Source: Eukaryota sp. TZLM1-RC
Taxonomy: Eukaryota; Protista; Metamonada: BaSk clade
Length of the DNA stretch: 64,000 bases
Assembly (NCBI GenBank): GCA_040285825.1
Contig: JAUPSS010000004.1
Location: forward strand, 1,364,001-1,428,000
Direction of reading: 5' to 3'
Shown here: positions 62,576 through 64,000 of the stretch, one piece after another
How the letters are laid out: every line of letters starts with the position of its first letter
How positions within the stretch are numbered: position 1 is the stretch's first letter
The notes under the pieces: generated by a model
What the model was told of the DNA's origin: nothing
Database searches by the model: none
The model's input: the letters and a program-made list of their open reading frames with translations, nothing else
Translations under genes and position numbers: made by a program

Positions 62576-63661
62576 GTCAATCGTGTTTACTGGCAAAACA
62601 GTATTGTATTTTTTGTTTTTAAGAGAATGTTGAAATTAAATTCTGGTTCACTCTTTCCTTTTGGGAAGTTTTCTGAATCTTTGGCAATTAATCGTTCTGA
62701 TGCAGGGGAGGCTGGCTTTGAGGATGTGGACTTTTAGTATTTCATGTTTTCATATTCCTTATGAGATAAATAAAATAACTTTCAATATAGATACAAACGT
62801 AGGACTCCTAACACATCATTGCTTAATGAATTGCAGGTATCTCACTAGTGAGTCCCATAGTATATACAGAATAACATTAAATAAAATTATCTTTTTCTTA
62901 ACCCACCATACAACTACATATAGTCTTACATCAAGCTATCATAATGCCTAGCGACAACCCAATTTCATAAGCTGATCTCAAAGCAATTCAACCTCAACTC
63001 TGGACAACCAATTGGCAATTGCAAATTGCTTGGATACATGAGCATTTATTCTATAACATAGCGTGTACAAATCACAAACAATTTATATTCAATATTCAGA
63101 CCAAAGTAAATGGATTCATATTGTTTCTCACCTTTGATATTGAACAAAATTCTCCTTCAGTTTTTGAAAGTTCAAATCCTTGATTGAGTATTCAGTATTT
63201 AAAACATTATACTGTTGTTCTATAGGGTAAACACTCACTTTTTGAATAGTTACCAATAAATCTTTCACCTATTGTTAACAGGTAACCTCAATTCCAAGCC
63301 CCCTTGAAAAAATGATTGATCATCAATATATTGTAATATCATAATATAATTTTCAAGACATTTTACCATGTGGTGATCCTTGGCACTCGCAGAAAAAGAT
63401 TCAAATAGACGATAACAAAATGAAATCGACTTTTAAAAGGAACTTTCACTTGGTTGGATTTTTTTTCGTTGCTGTTTTTTGGATTGTGGGTAACTTCCAT
63501 ACAACAAACAAACACAGTTGGAACATATAAAAAAACAAATTACACTGGAAATTCAACATGAAAATAATTTTATTCTAAACAACCTTTATGAATTATCCAG
63601 AGAAACAGTATAATCAATGTTTACACTGATTACTAGGGTTAAAAATCTTGAAAGAAATAGA

Positions 63662-63718
63662 TCAGTTTCACAGTTTAAAATCTTGTAGATCATAAGACCG
63701 TCGTGAAAGATTCATCAC
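63662..63718 (-). ncRNA. Intronic box C/D snoRNA, snR73/SNORD35-like (copy 1), in intron 63633-63744
   Basis: Box C GUGAUGA, guide UCACGACGGUCU complementary to the conserved LSU rRNA AGACCGUCGUGA, D' AUGA, box D CUGA. Confidence 0.85.
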
Positions 63719-63828
63719 ACGGGACCGAGAGGAAGAAAACATACTTGTGACAAGTGCACTAGTCATGGTGGACTACAGAACTGCATCACCAACTGGGTAA
63801 CTAGGGTTAACATTGTCAAAAAAATAGT

Positions 63829-63885
63829 TCAGTTTCACAGTGTAAAATCTTGTAGATCATAAGACCGTCGTGAAAGATTCATCAC
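63829..63885 (-). ncRNA. Intronic box C/D snoRNA, snR73/SNORD35-like (copy 2), in intron 63801-63911
   Basis: Same boxes and guide; one nucleotide differs from copy 1 between box C and box D. Confidence 0.85.
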
Positions 63886-64000
63886 ATAAGATTGAGAGGA
63901 AGAAAACATACTTGGGACATGAGCAATAGTCAAGATTGAGTAGGGAACCGCATAACAGACTCCTCTACCACTAGGGTTAACATTCTTGAAAGAAGTGGTT

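Larger units (their letters stand above)
63633..64000 (-). other. Putative non-coding snoRNA host gene (tandem 168-170 bp exon+intron units), continuing beyond the window
   Basis: GTATGT..TTAACCCTAG introns of 111 and 112 nt, exons of 56 and 59 nt, and a third acceptor at 63971. Confidence 0.72.

Noticed and set aside
63633-64000. CRISPR array, telomere/subtelomeric satellite or rRNA fragment
   Set aside because: Units are 168-170 bp with splice signals and C/D boxes; TAGGGTTAA is the reverse complement of the intron acceptor; the rRNA match is only the 12-nt guide.

Overview
AT-rich eukaryotic genomic DNA in the standard genetic code (TAA, TAG and TGA all end genes). It carries tiny 26-32 nt GT-AG introns whose branch point sits at a near-fixed distance from the 3' splice site, which suggests a flagellated, probably anaerobic metamonad-like protist (inference). 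Conserved genes: COPI-associated protein, ARID/ARM chromatin protein, ankyrin protein, UBL-domain protein, Rab23 and RhoGDI. Two bacterial-type enzymes (secreted endonuclease I; ornithine/alanine-racemase-family PLP enzyme) each carry a host-type mini-intron. The intergenic space holds about 16 pieces of several CRE-like RLE non-LTR retrotransposon families, including a near-full-length copy and several with target-site duplications, plus a Ty3/Gypsy integrase relic and RCC1-LRR pseudogenes. Main points of interest: (1) a tandem array of 111-112 nt introns at the right edge, each holding a 57-nt box C/D snoRNA predicted to methylate the LSU rRNA C2959-equivalent (snR73/SNORD35-like), in an apparently non-coding host gene; (2) a 7.4-kb palindrome duplicating a metallothionein-like gene and a novel type II membrane protein gene; (3) a cyst-wall-protein-like LRR gene family with a constant N-terminus and alternative C-terminal modules, sharing a clustered (T/C)TACAGT upstream motif with the membrane protein gene.
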